This document shows positions 45,126 to 55,515 of a stretch of DNA of 64,000 nucleotides, piece after piece. Origin of the DNA: Beijerinckiaceae bacterium (lineage in GTDB: Bacteria; Pseudomonadota; Alphaproteobacteria; Rhizobiales; Beijerinckiaceae). The position numbers and the translations under genes are program-made. Position 1 is the stretch's first letter. Each line of letters opens with the position of its first letter. Below the pieces are notes generated by a model. That model was not told where the DNA came from, searched no databases, and saw only the letters and a list, made by a program, of their open reading frames with translations. The stretch spans positions 3,577-67,576 of the forward strand of contig CANGTC010000005.1 in NCBI GenBank assembly GCA_947456505.1, written 5' to 3'.

Positions 45126-45992
45126 TCAGTCACGGACAAGTCGCAGAAGATATTGGCCGTAGGCAGTCTTGGAGAAGAGTTCTCCGCGCGCCCTCACCTG
45201 TGCAGCCGAAATGAAGCCCTGCTCGTAGGCGATCTCCTCCAGACATGCGACCTGCACACCCTGGCGCTTTTGCACGGTGCGCACGAATTCGCCCGCTTCG
45301 ATCAATGAATCATGGGTGCCTGTATCGAGCCAGGCGAAGCCGCGACCCAGGCGCTCAACTGTAAGAACGCTGCGTTCCAGATAGGCGAGATTAACGTCCG
45401 TGATCTCCAGCTCGCCTCGCGCCGAGGGCGTCACGGCGGCCGCGATATCCAGCACATCATTATCATAGAAATATAACCCTGTGACGGCCCATGGAGACTT
45501 GGGATTGGCGGGCTTTTCCTCGATGCTAATGGCCCGTCCGCTGGGATCCAAGGAGACCACACCATAACGCTCTGGATCCTCCACATGATAGGCGAAAACT
45601 GTGGCGCCCTTTGTCTGGTTCGCGGCATGCTTCAGTTTTGAACCGAGCCCCGCGCCATAGAAGACGTTGTCCCCGAGGATGAGGGCGACGGGATCCTTTC
45701 CCACGAATTCCCGTCCAATGATGAAAGCCTGCGCCAGCCCCTCAGGACGGGGCTGCACCGCATAGGAAATCTCGATGCCCCAGGCAGAACCATCGCCGAA
45801 GAGATTCTGATAATTGGCCAGATATTCGGGAGCGGAAATGATCAGCGTCTGCTTGATCCCCGCCAGCATGAGCACCGACAACGGATAATATATCATCGGC
45901 TTGTCGTAGATAGGCAGGAGCTGCTTGTTGACCGCCAACGTCGCCGGATGCAGACGCGAGCCCGAACCGCCAGCCAGGATGATGCCCTTCAT
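45126..45992 (-). CDS. rfbA: Glucose-1-phosphate thymidylyltransferase
   Basis: [41 protein letters not shown]. Confidence 0.97.
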   Translation of the reverse strand: MKGIILAGGSGSRLHPATLAVNKQLLPIYDKPMIYYPLSVLMLAGIKQTLIISAPEYLANYQNLFGDGSAWGIEISYAVQPRPEGLAQAFIIGREFVGKDPVALILGDNVFYGAGLGSKLKHAANQTKGATVFAYHVEDPERYGVVSLDPSGRAISIEEKPANPKSPWAVTGLYFYDNDVLDIAAAVTPSARGELEITDVNLAYLERSVLTVERLGRGFAWLDTGTHDSLIEAGEFVRTVQKRQGVQVACLEEIAYEQGFISAAQVRARGELFSKTAYGQYLLRLVRD

Positions 45993-46879
45993 GAAGCCCT
46001 CGGTGGAATGAGTTCGTCTATGATGTCTGCGATAGCCACTTCCCAAGGGCGCGGCTGCACGCCATGGAGATCGCGGATGCGCTGTAGGTCTAACCGGGAA
46101 TTTGCGGGCCGCCGGGCGGGCGTGGGGTAGTCCTTCGTGGTTATGGGCTCCACGCGCGCCGACGGCCCACCGCGTTGGGCGGACAAACGAAAGACTGCGG
46201 CGGCGAAACCAGCCCAGGTTGTGGCGCCGGCATTGGCGAAATGGAAGGTTCCCACGGGGGCGTCAGGATCATTGATCATGCGTTGGGCAATGAGAGCCAG
46301 CACGCCGGCCAAATCAACGGCGGCTGTGGGCGCGCCGTGCTGATCGGCGACCACGCGGAGCACGTCCTTTTCAGCGCCCAGCCTCAACATTGTCTTGATG
46401 AAATTGGCGCCATGAGCGCTCACCACCCAGGAGGTTCGCAAAATGACGTGCCGAGGATTGCCGGTGCGCACCGCTTGTTCTCCCCCCTCCTTGCTGGCTC
46501 CATAGACGCCGAGCGGACCAATGGGGTCATCCTCCCGATAGGGGCGATCAAGATTCCCTGAAAACACATAATCCGTCGATACATGTATGATCGGTACGCC
46601 AACCACAGCAGTCGCCCTCGCGAGGCAGGCGGGCGCCAGCGCGTTCACCCGCCAGGCGGCCTCAATGTCCGCCTCCGCGCGGTCCACCGCCGTATAGGCG
46701 CCTGCGTTGATGACCGCAGCCCAGGGTCGGGTCGCCACAAAAGCTGCAATGGAAGCAGGATCGCGCAAATCCATCTCTGTGCGCGAAGGCATGACGAACC
46801 GAAAGCCGTCGGGCGCGCCCACACGCGCCAGAGCCCCCCCGACCTGACCCGAACCGCCTGTAACGAGAATGTCCCTCAT
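45989..46879 (-). CDS. rfbD: dTDP-4-dehydrorhamnose reductase
   Basis: [41 protein letters not shown]. Confidence 0.96.
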   Translation of the reverse strand: MRDILVTGGSGQVGGALARVGAPDGFRFVMPSRTEMDLRDPASIAAFVATRPWAAVINAGAYTAVDRAEADIEAAWRVNALAPACLARATAVVGVPIIHVSTDYVFSGNLDRPYREDDPIGPLGVYGASKEGGEQAVRTGNPRHVILRTSWVVSAHGANFIKTMLRLGAEKDVLRVVADQHGAPTAAVDLAGVLALIAQRMINDPDAPVGTFHFANAGATTWAGFAAAVFRLSAQRGGPSARVEPITTKDYPTPARRPANSRLDLQRIRDLHGVQPRPWEVAIADIIDELIPPRAS

Positions 46880-47943
46880 GCGCCCTTCAGGCCGAGCCGC
46901 TCCCCGCTATAGGTTCGTCCGATCAGCGGACGCCACCAGGCCTCATTTTCCAGATACCAGCCCACTGTCTTGGCCAAGCCGCTCTCGAAACTCTCCTGCT
47001 GCGCCCAGCCAAGATCGCGCTCAAGCCGGGAACAGTCGATCGCATAGCGGAAATCATGGCCTGGACGATCCGTTACGAAACCAATTTGGGTGGCATAGGA
47101 CTTTCCATCCGAACGCGGACGCAGATGATCCAGCGCACCGCAAACACCATGCACAACGTCGATGTTCTTACGCTCGGCACGGCCGCCCACATTATAGGTG
47201 GCTCCTGGCTCCCCTCGCTCGAAGACGCACTGAATAGCCCGAGCGTGATCCTCCACATAGAGCCAGTCGCGCACATTCTCGCCCCGCCCATAAACCGGCA
47301 GCGTCTCCCCCGCCAGCGCCTTCACGATCATCAGCGGGATAAGCTTTTCCGGAAAATGATAGGGACCGTAATTATTGGAGCAATTGGTCATGGTGATCGG
47401 AAGGCCATAGGTATGCCACCAGGCCCGAACCAGATGGTCAGAACCCGCCTTCGAGGCGGAATAGGGGGAGCGGGGATCATAAGCCGTCTCTTCAGTGAAG
47501 AAGCCCTCGTCCCCCAAGGCGCCGAATACCTCATCAGTAGAGACATGATGGAAGCGGAAGGCCACCTTTCGCCCCCCGGGCAATGCCGCCCAATGGGCGC
47601 GCGCAGCCTGCAAGAGCACATATGTGCCAACCAGATTGGTCTCGATGAAAGCGCCTGGCCCATCTATTGAGCGATCAACATGGGACTCGGCAGCAAGATG
47701 AACGACAATGTCGGGGTCGAAACCCGCAAAAGCCTCCGCAACCGCCTGCTGATCGCAAATATCAGCGCGCACAAAGGCGTATCGGGGATCGCCCGCAACC
47801 GGCGCCAACGACGACAGCGTGCCAGCATAGGTGAGTTTATCGAGCACAAGAACGCGATGCTCCGTGCGGCTGATGAGTTGGCGAACCAATGCCGACCCGA
47901 TAAATCCCGCTCCTCCGGTTACGAGAATTCGCTTTTGTGTCAT
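46876..47943 (-). CDS. rfbB: dTDP-glucose 4,6-dehydratase
   Basis: [42 protein letters not shown]. Confidence 0.97.
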   Translation of the reverse strand: MTQKRILVTGGAGFIGSALVRQLISRTEHRVLVLDKLTYAGTLSSLAPVAGDPRYAFVRADICDQQAVAEAFAGFDPDIVVHLAAESHVDRSIDGPGAFIETNLVGTYVLLQAARAHWAALPGGRKVAFRFHHVSTDEVFGALGDEGFFTEETAYDPRSPYSASKAGSDHLVRAWWHTYGLPITMTNCSNNYGPYHFPEKLIPLMIVKALAGETLPVYGRGENVRDWLYVEDHARAIQCVFERGEPGATYNVGGRAERKNIDVVHGVCGALDHLRPRSDGKSYATQIGFVTDRPGHDFRYAIDCSRLERDLGWAQQESFESGLAKTVGWYLENEAWWRPLIGRTYSGERLGLKGA

Positions 47944-47951
47944 GCTATCAG

Positions 47952-48515
47952 TCAGATCCGGATCAGTTCGAGAGGGCGACCATCGTAAGAGAATGGACTT
48001 TCAAAGTCCTTCAACAATGGCAGCCCCGCATCCTTGGGAGAGACGAACGCCTCGGCGGGAGGAAATGGCCAGGGGACGCCAAGACCCGGATCGCTCCAGC
48101 AAATACCGCCATCGCATTCCGGCGCATAATAATCCGAAACCTTGTAGGCGACCTCGGAATCCGGTTCGAGGGTCATGAACCCATGGGCGAAACCGATGGG
48201 GATATAGAGTTGCTCACCACCGGCCTCTGACAATTCGGCGCAGACAAAGGACCCATAGGTGGGAGAACCCCGCCGCATATCTACCGCGACATCGAAAAGT
48301 CGCCCGCGGAGACACCGAACAAGTTTGATCTGAGCCCTTGGAGGCGCCTGAAAATGAAGCCCGCGCACGGTGCCGACCCTATGCGACAAAGATTGATTGT
48401 CCTGAACAAACCCTGTCGGGAGATCCAGATTAGCCCAGGTAGTCTCCCTATAGATTTCAGCGAACCAACCACGCTCATCGCTATGACGCTTCGGAGTAAA
48501 GAGAAACAAAGACAT
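47952..48515 (-). CDS. rfbC: dTDP-4-dehydrorhamnose 3,5-epimerase
   Basis: [37 protein letters not shown]. Confidence 0.96.
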   Translation of the reverse strand: MSLFLFTPKRHSDERGWFAEIYRETTWANLDLPTGFVQDNQSLSHRVGTVRGLHFQAPPRAQIKLVRCLRGRLFDVAVDMRRGSPTYGSFVCAELSEAGGEQLYIPIGFAHGFMTLEPDSEVAYKVSDYYAPECDGGICWSDPGLGVPWPFPPAEAFVSPKDAGLPLLKDFESPFSYDGRPLELIRI

Positions 48516-48800
48516 AATAACACCTTCGGGTTAATCTTGTTCAATGTATTGAAATACACTCAGAATGCAAGCCTTACCCGCCTACTGGGCATCGCGATCC
48601 CACTGGAGATTGCTCTTGAATGGGTTGACGAGCGCGCGTCGATGGGCCTAAGCACCCAGAACGATCTTAAAGCATTGCTTGAGCTTGAGCTTTTGAACCA
48701 GGTGCGGTGAGATGCGTCATGAGCGCTGGAGCGAACCGATGATCGAGATGAGGGACTGCGGCGATCCCAAGGGGGATCTGGGATCAGGGACCATGGCCTG

Positions 48801-50003
48801 ATGCCTCGCAAGTCACATATTCGTCTCATGTTCACCAGCCGCTGGATTCGTTGGGCGCTGTTCCGGCAGCTCTGCAAATGGGTACCGGCGCTCGGCAGAT
48901 CGCTGAATTTTCCCTTGAAGACCTCTTTCGTCGGGGAGTTTGCGCATTCGGTTGTCGAGGATGAAATGCAGGAGCTGGCCTTCGCTCCTGAAGATCTTGA
49001 GCTGGCCCGAAACGTCCTTCTGGCCGCCATGGCCAACGACGCCGGCGATACCTCTACCTATCCTACCGGGAAAACGCCGCTTCGCTCCGTTCTCTTCAGA
49101 GTTGATCACTGCATCGTCACCGGAAACACCATGATGGTGATGGACGAAAGCGGCTCGTCCGTTCTGAAGCTATGGCCAGGCGACGCCAACTGGAACGAGG
49201 CGAAGCCCGCACTGTTGAAAAGTCGCAGGGCGCCGCCCGCACCTGCCTACACAGTGACCTCTAACGGTCATTTTTACCATTTCTTCGCGAGCGACGTCAT
49301 TCCCCTGCTTTACTTTCTTCGTCGATATGGGACGGAGATTGGCGCGATGACGATCATCACCAAATCCAGCTATCCACCTTATATAAACCACACACTTCGC
49401 GCGATAACCTCTGCATACAAGAACATTGAGATTTTGGAGCTCGACAAGACTGAGCGACTGATGGATGTCAGCGCGCTTTGGCTCGCGCGCTATCCAAATA
49501 CCTTCGAATGGATGCCCGTGACGCGGGATGAGGCGAACGATCTTGGACAGTTGCTCTGCGACTATTATCAACTCCCCCCTGCACCTGCGCCAGACAAACT
49601 CCTGTTCGTCAGCAGGGGCGACGCCAGATTGCGACGCCTTGTAAATGAGGCAGAACTGATGGCGGAACTCCTAGATTACGACTTTGAATTTTTCCTTCCC
49701 AAAAGCAATGATCATAAATCCCAGATCGAGGCCTTCAGGACGGCCCGGATTGTCATTTCTGTGCATGGGGCAGGTTTGACCAATCTGCTCTTCTGCCAGC
49801 CGGGAACCCTGGTCATAGAACTGTTTCCTGCGAACCATATCAAAAGCACCTATTGCTGGCTGGCGATGCGCCTTGGCCTGCGCTATCGCGCAGTGATTGG
49901 GTTCTCCGGGGACTATGTGCAAGCATTCACCGTGAAAGTTCCTCTGGTGATCGCCGAGGTGGAGGCGGAGCTTGAAAATAACCATCGCACCGCCCTCCCA
50001 TAG
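48801..50003 (+). CDS. Glycosyltransferase family 61-like protein
   Basis: HFYHF, LFVSR...RRLVNEAEL, QIEAF, VHGAGLTNLLF, VIELFP. Confidence 0.85.
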   Translation: MPRKSHIRLMFTSRWIRWALFRQLCKWVPALGRSLNFPLKTSFVGEFAHSVVEDEMQELAFAPEDLELARNVLLAAMANDAGDTSTYPTGKTPLRSVLFRVDHCIVTGNTMMVMDESGSSVLKLWPGDANWNEAKPALLKSRRAPPAPAYTVTSNGHFYHFFASDVIPLLYFLRRYGTEIGAMTIITKSSYPPYINHTLRAITSAYKNIEILELDKTERLMDVSALWLARYPNTFEWMPVTRDEANDLGQLLCDYYQLPPAPAPDKLLFVSRGDARLRRLVNEAELMAELLDYDFEFFLPKSNDHKSQIEAFRTARIVISVHGAGLTNLLFCQPGTLVIELFPANHIKSTYCWLAMRLGLRYRAVIGFSGDYVQAFTVKVPLVIAEVEAELENNHRTALP

Positions 50004-50967
50004 CCAACTCACCGATAGCCTTGGGTCAGACAGCGCGCTCGGCGGCATCGAAACCGCCTGCCTCGAACTTGGCGACGCCCTTGTGGCCCGCGGGCATGAG
50101 GTAACAATCATGGGCGACTGCGCATCGTCGCGCAGCGCCCGTCCTCTCCCTTGGCCAAAGCTATGCCAAAGTCAAGGCGACGCCCTGATTTCCTGCAACG
50201 ACGCTCGAGTTCTGGAGGCGGGCGACTACAAGATGCGCATCTTCTGGTCGCATAACCCGCTCGCAGTCGAAAAAGCATTACGCAAGAAACAACTCGCGCC
50301 GATTTTGAGGGCGAGGCCCCATGCCGTTTTTGGATCGCGCGACGCCATGCAGGCCATATCCCCGCTCCTGACCTTCCGGACCCGAACTGTTATCCCACTT
50401 GGCGTGACGACACTTTTCGAGTCTGCTCGGACGGACCGGACAAGGGACCTAAACTTTGCCTTCGTCTCGCAACCTCAAAGGGGCCTTGCGCCAACCTGTC
50501 GGATCTGGGCGTCGCAGGTGCGCCCTGCGGCCCCTGAGGCCAAATTGCATGTCTTCGGCTCAAGTCATGTGCAAGCGCAAATGCCTGCCGAGACGGCTGA
50601 AGCTGCGGGAATTATATTTCATCCCCGCACGGGTAAACAGGAACTGGTTCGATTTTACGAGACGGCCACCAGCCTTATTTGCATAGGAGCGGCGGACGAA
50701 ACGTTCTGTCTGGCCGCTGCAGAGGCCCAGTGCGCCGGGCTCCCTGTCTTGACCCTTGGAATCGGCGCTCTTTCAGAACGCGTAAGCCATGGGATCAATG
50801 GCCTGCGGGCTGCAAGCTTTGAAGGGCTCGCGGCCGATGTGATCCGCCTCTGCAGGGATCCAGAGCTCACAAGCCTTTTGAGCTCTGGGGCCCTGGCGAA
50901 TCGTGGACAGTTCAATTGGGCGCGCAGCGCAAAACTCTGGGAAAATTTGCTTCAGACCATCAAGTAG
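49972..50967 (+). CDS. Glycosyltransferase family 4 (GT-B)
   Basis: LGGIETA, RGHEV, SQPQRGL, ETFCLAAAEAQCAGLPV (EX7E), GALSE; TTG start uncertain. Confidence 0.85.
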   Translation: MKITIAPPSHSQLTDSLGSDSALGGIETACLELGDALVARGHEVTIMGDCASSRSARPLPWPKLCQSQGDALISCNDARVLEAGDYKMRIFWSHNPLAVEKALRKKQLAPILRARPHAVFGSRDAMQAISPLLTFRTRTVIPLGVTTLFESARTDRTRDLNFAFVSQPQRGLAPTCRIWASQVRPAAPEAKLHVFGSSHVQAQMPAETAEAAGIIFHPRTGKQELVRFYETATSLICIGAADETFCLAAAEAQCAGLPVLTLGIGALSERVSHGINGLRAASFEGLAADVIRLCRDPELTSLLSSGALANRGQFNWARSAKLWENLLQTIK

Positions 50968-51146
50968 AGGCAAAACACACTGGCGCAAGTCCACAAACGA
51001 AGCGCGAAAGCATGAGCGAACTGCGGGCTGTGAGGTCCAACAACATTCCTTATTCGATTTTCAGATATGGCCGACTTTACACTTAAGGCCGGAAGCAAAC
51101 TTCATCGAGAAACGAATTCGCATCTCACTTTCATGCGACAGGTATT

Positions 51147-51824
51147 TTAGCGCCGTCTGGATATAGATGCGACTTGATCACGTAAGAAAGCAAAATCGGA
51201 CATCACAAGATCGGGATGCAAGGCTTCGACCGGCACATCCGAATAACCGAAATCAACAGCGATGACCGGAATGCCCGCAGATCTGGCAGCATCAACATCA
51301 GGTTTCGTGTCGCCAACCATCACGCAGCGCTTTGGATCGCCTTTAGCAAGCTGAATGGTTGAGAGCAAGGCTCGCGGATCAGGTTTGGTCCACGGCAGCG
51401 AATCGTTACCGCAAACAGCGGCGAAGTAATGCTGAATCGAAAATTTTTCGAGCAATTGCGTGGTAGGACCATAGCTCTTGTTGGTGCATATGGCCAATTT
51501 ATAACCGTCGCGCGACAATCCCTCCAGCGCTGTCTGCGCCCCTGGATAAAGCCGAGAATGAACCGCCACGTGCTCTTGATAATAATCGATGAAAAGTCGA
51601 AAAAAAATCTCAACCTGATCTCGTTGAACCTCCATCCCAACGTCCGCCAAACCGGCAGAGATGATCGCCCTGCCACCAGAACTGATCAGCCACTTACGAC
51701 CGCCGAGAATGAATTCTGGGACATCATGCACTTTGAAAACATGGTTCACCGCACCAACAATATCATCCGCTGTGTCAGCAAGCGTTCCATCAAGGTCGAA
51801 AACGACAATCGGATCCATGCTCAT
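51147..51824 (-). CDS. HAD-family hydrolase, phosphoglycolate phosphatase-like
   Basis: FDLDGTLADT, CTNK, KPDP, MVGDTKPD, FGY. Confidence 0.9.
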   Translation of the reverse strand: MSMDPIVVFDLDGTLADTADDIVGAVNHVFKVHDVPEFILGGRKWLISSGGRAIISAGLADVGMEVQRDQVEIFFRLFIDYYQEHVAVHSRLYPGAQTALEGLSRDGYKLAICTNKSYGPTTQLLEKFSIQHYFAAVCGNDSLPWTKPDPRALLSTIQLAKGDPKRCVMVGDTKPDVDAARSAGIPVIAVDFGYSDVPVEALHPDLVMSDFAFLRDQVASISRRR

Positions 51825-52008
51825 TCAACTCCTGCAAGAAGATAAAAAGCAACTCCCCAAGCGCAAATCCAGCCCGTCGAGGTTACCAACACGCCCTTCC
51901 GGCGACAACAACAATTCAGCCAAGTTGATAGTGACCTTTTAAAAATATATGTAATTTTTCAATACCCTGCTACCTTTGACGCGAATCATTTGCACGAGGT
52001 CTACATAG

Positions 52009-52815
52009 ATGAATCAGATTGGCCACAGAAAGTTCATTGTTTACGCGCCGCCCTTGGATCACAAGTTCGCTGGCGTCGTCATGTTGTATCTCCTCAACGA
52101 TTCCCTGAACGCCTTGGGCGAATCGTCCAAGATAGCAATATATGGAACAACCCTTCACCCTGACGATCAAGACGCCATCGTCATCTATCCTGAAGTGGTG
52201 CACAATAACCCACTTGGGGCCAAGCATGTCGCTCGTTATCTTCTGAACAAAGATGGTCTAATACAAAAGGAGAAAATCGACCGTTCCTTTAGGCAATATA
52301 TTTTCACATTTTCCAGAATGTTCGATGAATCAGCTCCGGTTTTATTCTTCCCGAATTTTGATACCGAAATTTTGAATTTCGCTGATAATATTGAGGATCG
52401 TGAACTCCATTCAATGTATTTTGGAAAAGGCCCGCCGTTGCCCACGCAATTTGATGGTGGCAAGCCCCATCTTTTAATCACAAGGAAATGGCCAAGGGAA
52501 CGTGACCAGTTGCTGGCTTTCTTGAGAATGTCGCGGTTTTTGCATTTATCGGATTCCATCACCGCACTTGCCATAGAGGCATTACTGTGTGGGTGTATTC
52601 CCGTCATTCATTTCTGGGATCCAAACTTCGACGCAAGGGATTACGGCAATTCAGAATTGAACGAGGTGTTTCAGATCACCTTCGAGCAGGATTTCTCGAC
52701 CGCCAACATTTTATCCAAAATTGCGTCTGTTCGACAAAAAATAATTCATTATCAAAATGAATGGCCCAACAATCTTCGCATGTTCGTCAGGGATGTTCAG
52801 CAGTTTTTTGGCTAG
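52009..52815 (+). CDS. Hypothetical protein, WavQ-like putative glycan-related
   Basis: FIVYAPP...GVVML-LL-DSLN-LG, IVIYPEVVHNNPLGAKHVARYLL, EALLCGC resemble the WavQ-like family from memory; AT-rich. Confidence 0.55.
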   Translation: MNQIGHRKFIVYAPPLDHKFAGVVMLYLLNDSLNALGESSKIAIYGTTLHPDDQDAIVIYPEVVHNNPLGAKHVARYLLNKDGLIQKEKIDRSFRQYIFTFSRMFDESAPVLFFPNFDTEILNFADNIEDRELHSMYFGKGPPLPTQFDGGKPHLLITRKWPRERDQLLAFLRMSRFLHLSDSITALAIEALLCGCIPVIHFWDPNFDARDYGNSELNEVFQITFEQDFSTANILSKIASVRQKIIHYQNEWPNNLRMFVRDVQQFFG

Positions 52816-52858
52816 GCTCGAGCGTCTGTATCATACAGACGCTCGGCTTGATATCAGA

Positions 52859-53899
52859 CTATCCCCCGGGAAGATATTTCTTCATCACGACCTGCTTGAG
52901 TCTGTCCTTCCTCTCGCCGACCACCTCAGTCAGCAAGTCCATAATGCGCTTCTTGGTCGCTTCGGGATCTTGATATTCTATGTATCTCTCAAGTTTGTCG
53001 CCATCAGCAAGTAACGCCAGATCGGTGAGCACTTTTTGAACGATGCTCTGGAGATAGCCTAGTCTGTCCGCAGGGATCTTCGGCGAGGCCAGAATGATGC
53101 GACCGAGCGCGTCCACTTCAGAGCGCGCAGATAGCCACCAGTTTTGCTCTAGCGCGAGCGTCGGCCCTTCAAATACAGTCAGCATCTGCGGAAAGAAGCG
53201 TGTGCGTGCTTTTGAAACCACGGCGATAGCTCTGCTCTGCCCCGCTTTGATGTAATTGTTCGCCGAAGTATCGGAGACATAGAGCGCGTCCATTTCACCA
53301 CGGACGATCGCAAGGGATCCCTCATTACTGGACTTGTAGCCCATGACGACGCGGCAATTCAAAGCGTAGGCCTCGCACATCATTGAGGCCCCATCGGAAA
53401 GGCCATCGATGGGCCCGGTCGCCGGCCAACGCAACACACCGCCGACCTTAACGAGATCCGCCATGGACTGAAATGGGGAATCAGGTTTCACCAGAACGAG
53501 CCAAGGCGAGGAACTCACCGTCGCCAGAATGCTGACCGTAGCAAGATCGTACTGCACCGTAGGCAGATTGAAGAGTTGCGACAGGACGGCCCCGCCCCCA
53601 TTCATAATGATGAATTGCAATCCGTCCGTATCGCTCGCGACGATATGATTGAGCGCCGCAAGCCCACCGGCGGCCGGCTGATTGTCAACGATTACCGTAG
53701 TGCCGAGCGCCGCGGCCAGATGCGGCGCCAGAAGGCGCGCATAATTGACGTAGCCGCCTCCAGGACCGCCACCGGCAATGAATCGAACCGTATGCGACCT
53801 GAAAAACTTTGCTGGATCTAACGATGTCTGGGCATAGCAGTAGCTTGGCGGAAGGGAGGCTAGGGCAAGTGCGAAGATGGATTGTCTGATCCTGCGCAT
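52859..53899 (-). CDS. Bug/TctC-family solute-binding protein 6
   Basis: Signal peptide, GGGPGGGY, DNQPAAGG, DGL, IVRGEMDA. Confidence 0.85.
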   Translation of the reverse strand: MRRIRQSIFALALASLPPSYCYAQTSLDPAKFFRSHTVRFIAGGGPGGGYVNYARLLAPHLAAALGTTVIVDNQPAAGGLAALNHIVASDTDGLQFIIMNGGGAVLSQLFNLPTVQYDLATVSILATVSSSPWLVLVKPDSPFQSMADLVKVGGVLRWPATGPIDGLSDGASMMCEAYALNCRVVMGYKSSNEGSLAIVRGEMDALYVSDTSANNYIKAGQSRAIAVVSKARTRFFPQMLTVFEGPTLALEQNWWLSARSEVDALGRIILASPKIPADRLGYLQSIVQKVLTDLALLADGDKLERYIEYQDPEATKKRIMDLLTEVVGERKDRLKQVVMKKYLPGG

Positions 53900-54058
53900 T
53901 TCCAGCCCCCTCATTGCCTTGATCAAGCTTTTTTGCTTGTTGCAGGCAGGCTAGAACCCTGCGCAGGGCGCGTCAAATCCCCGGGTGGATCCAAGGGAGA
54001 AGCGCTCGCGACAGGCTACAAAAGCCAATGAGGGCCGATAGCAAGGGAAAGGGAGGTG

Positions 54059-54143
54059 TGGTGGGGGAAGCAGGACTCGAACCTGCGAAGGCATAGCCAG
54101 CGGATTTACAGTCCGCCCCCTTTGCCGCTCGGGACATTCCCCC
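54059..54143 (-). tRNA. tRNA-Tyr(GTA)
   Basis: Reverse complement GGGGGAATGTCCCGAGCGGCAAAGGGGGCGGACTGTAAATCCGCTGGCTATGCCTTCGCAGGTTCGAGTCCTGCTTCCCCCACCA; long variable arm, GTA anticodon, CCA. Confidence 0.98.
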
Positions 54144-54210
54144 GGTACACAACCGCAAGCGGCGCGTCCCGAAAAAACCCCACCGGCAGGCAGGGCTTCA
54201 TCTGGAGGGG

Positions 54211-54239
54211 CTTATCCGCAATAGGAGCCCGCCCGTCAA
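54211..54239 (-). promoter_or_regulatory. Putative sigma70 promoter of tRNA-Tyr
   Basis: Minus strand TTGACG-17nt-GATAAG. Confidence 0.5.
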
Positions 54240-54318
54240 CCCGGAAAATGACGCTTTGATTGCGCAAGGTCGTTCCCCATGACATGACTGCGGTCCAAAT
54301 CGCCGAAAGAGGTTACCA

Positions 54319-55170
54319 GTGGCCCGCAAGGAATTCCGCTCCGGCCGCAGAAGCGCCGCCCATGATCGTCGGGGAACCGGCGCGGTTCAGGTTGCCCCCA
54401 ACCCCGGCGGCCGCCGGTCCTCACGGCAGGAGGCCCGGCATAGGTCCCCACCGGATGTGGCGCAAATCTGGGGCTATCACCCCGTGCGCGAGGCTCTGCG
54501 CTCGCCTCGGCGCGAAATCCTGCGTCTTTGGGCGACGGCGGATGCTGCTGAACGCGTGGCAACCGAGATCGCGGCCCGGAATGTGATGCCGACCATCGTC
54601 ACCCTTGAGGAAATCTCCGCGCGCCTGCCTGCCGATTCGGTCCATCAAGGCCTGCTGCTTGAAGCACGCCCCCTCGATTCGCTGGATATTTCCGATCTTC
54701 CAGCAAATGGACTCGTGCTGGTGCTCGATCAGGTCACTGATCCCCATAATGTCGGCGCTATCGTGCGCACAGCCGCCGCCTTCGCGGTTGACGCCATCGT
54801 CACCACCGAACGCCACTCCCCCCATATGACTGGCGTGCTAGCCAAGGCGGCGTCCGGCGGACTGGAACATGTGCCCCTGTGTGTGGTGGTCAATCTCGCC
54901 CGCGCGCTCGAGGCGCTCGGCGACATGGGCTATCTGAGGGTCGGTCTTGATTCAGATGGACCTGCCTCCCTTGAAGATACGGTCTTGTCCCGGCCACTGG
55001 CGCTGGTGCTCGGCGCCGAAGGCAAGGGCTTGCGCCGCCTCTCGAGGGAGAACTGCGACGTGCTGGCGCGGCTGGACATGCCCGGCGCCATCCGTAGCTT
55101 GAATGTCTCCAACGCATGCGCCGTCGCTCTTGCGGTCTCTCACATGAAGCTGTTGGGCCCCAAGAGTTGA
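54319..55170 (+). CDS. rlmB: 23S rRNA (Gm2251) methyltransferase, TrmH/SPOUT family
   Basis: WGYHPVREAL, HQG, LDQVTDPHNVGAIVR, LGAEGKGLR, SLNVSNA; divergent from tRNA-Tyr. Confidence 0.93.
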   Translation: MARKEFRSGRRSAAHDRRGTGAVQVAPNPGGRRSSRQEARHRSPPDVAQIWGYHPVREALRSPRREILRLWATADAAERVATEIAARNVMPTIVTLEEISARLPADSVHQGLLLEARPLDSLDISDLPANGLVLVLDQVTDPHNVGAIVRTAAAFAVDAIVTTERHSPHMTGVLAKAASGGLEHVPLCVVVNLARALEALGDMGYLRVGLDSDGPASLEDTVLSRPLALVLGAEGKGLRRLSRENCDVLARLDMPGAIRSLNVSNACAVALAVSHMKLLGPKS

Positions 55171-55515
55171 ACCCCAAAGGAACGTGATTGCTTGCCTTGG
55201 TCAGACATTCAAGCGCGATCACGGATTTACTTAGACTAAAGTATAATATTACGTCATTGGTTACTTCGTCTGCTAGACGAAGGTGTCATACCTGAGTCCA
55301 TCGACTTCGGCCCCTCCACAACATTATTATGCGTTGCATCAACGGTGGCGCAAGTCGCCGGGGAATCGCGAGCTTCCTCGGGACTGGCGCTCACGATGAC
55401 AAGCCATCAGGGAGGCGGACTGTCCGTATCGGATTCCAAATTCCAAAAAAGTTTAAAGCCCGGCGGTTCGGCTAAACGACTAGACCGCACGCATTAAAAA
55501 TGGAGGGAAACCACT

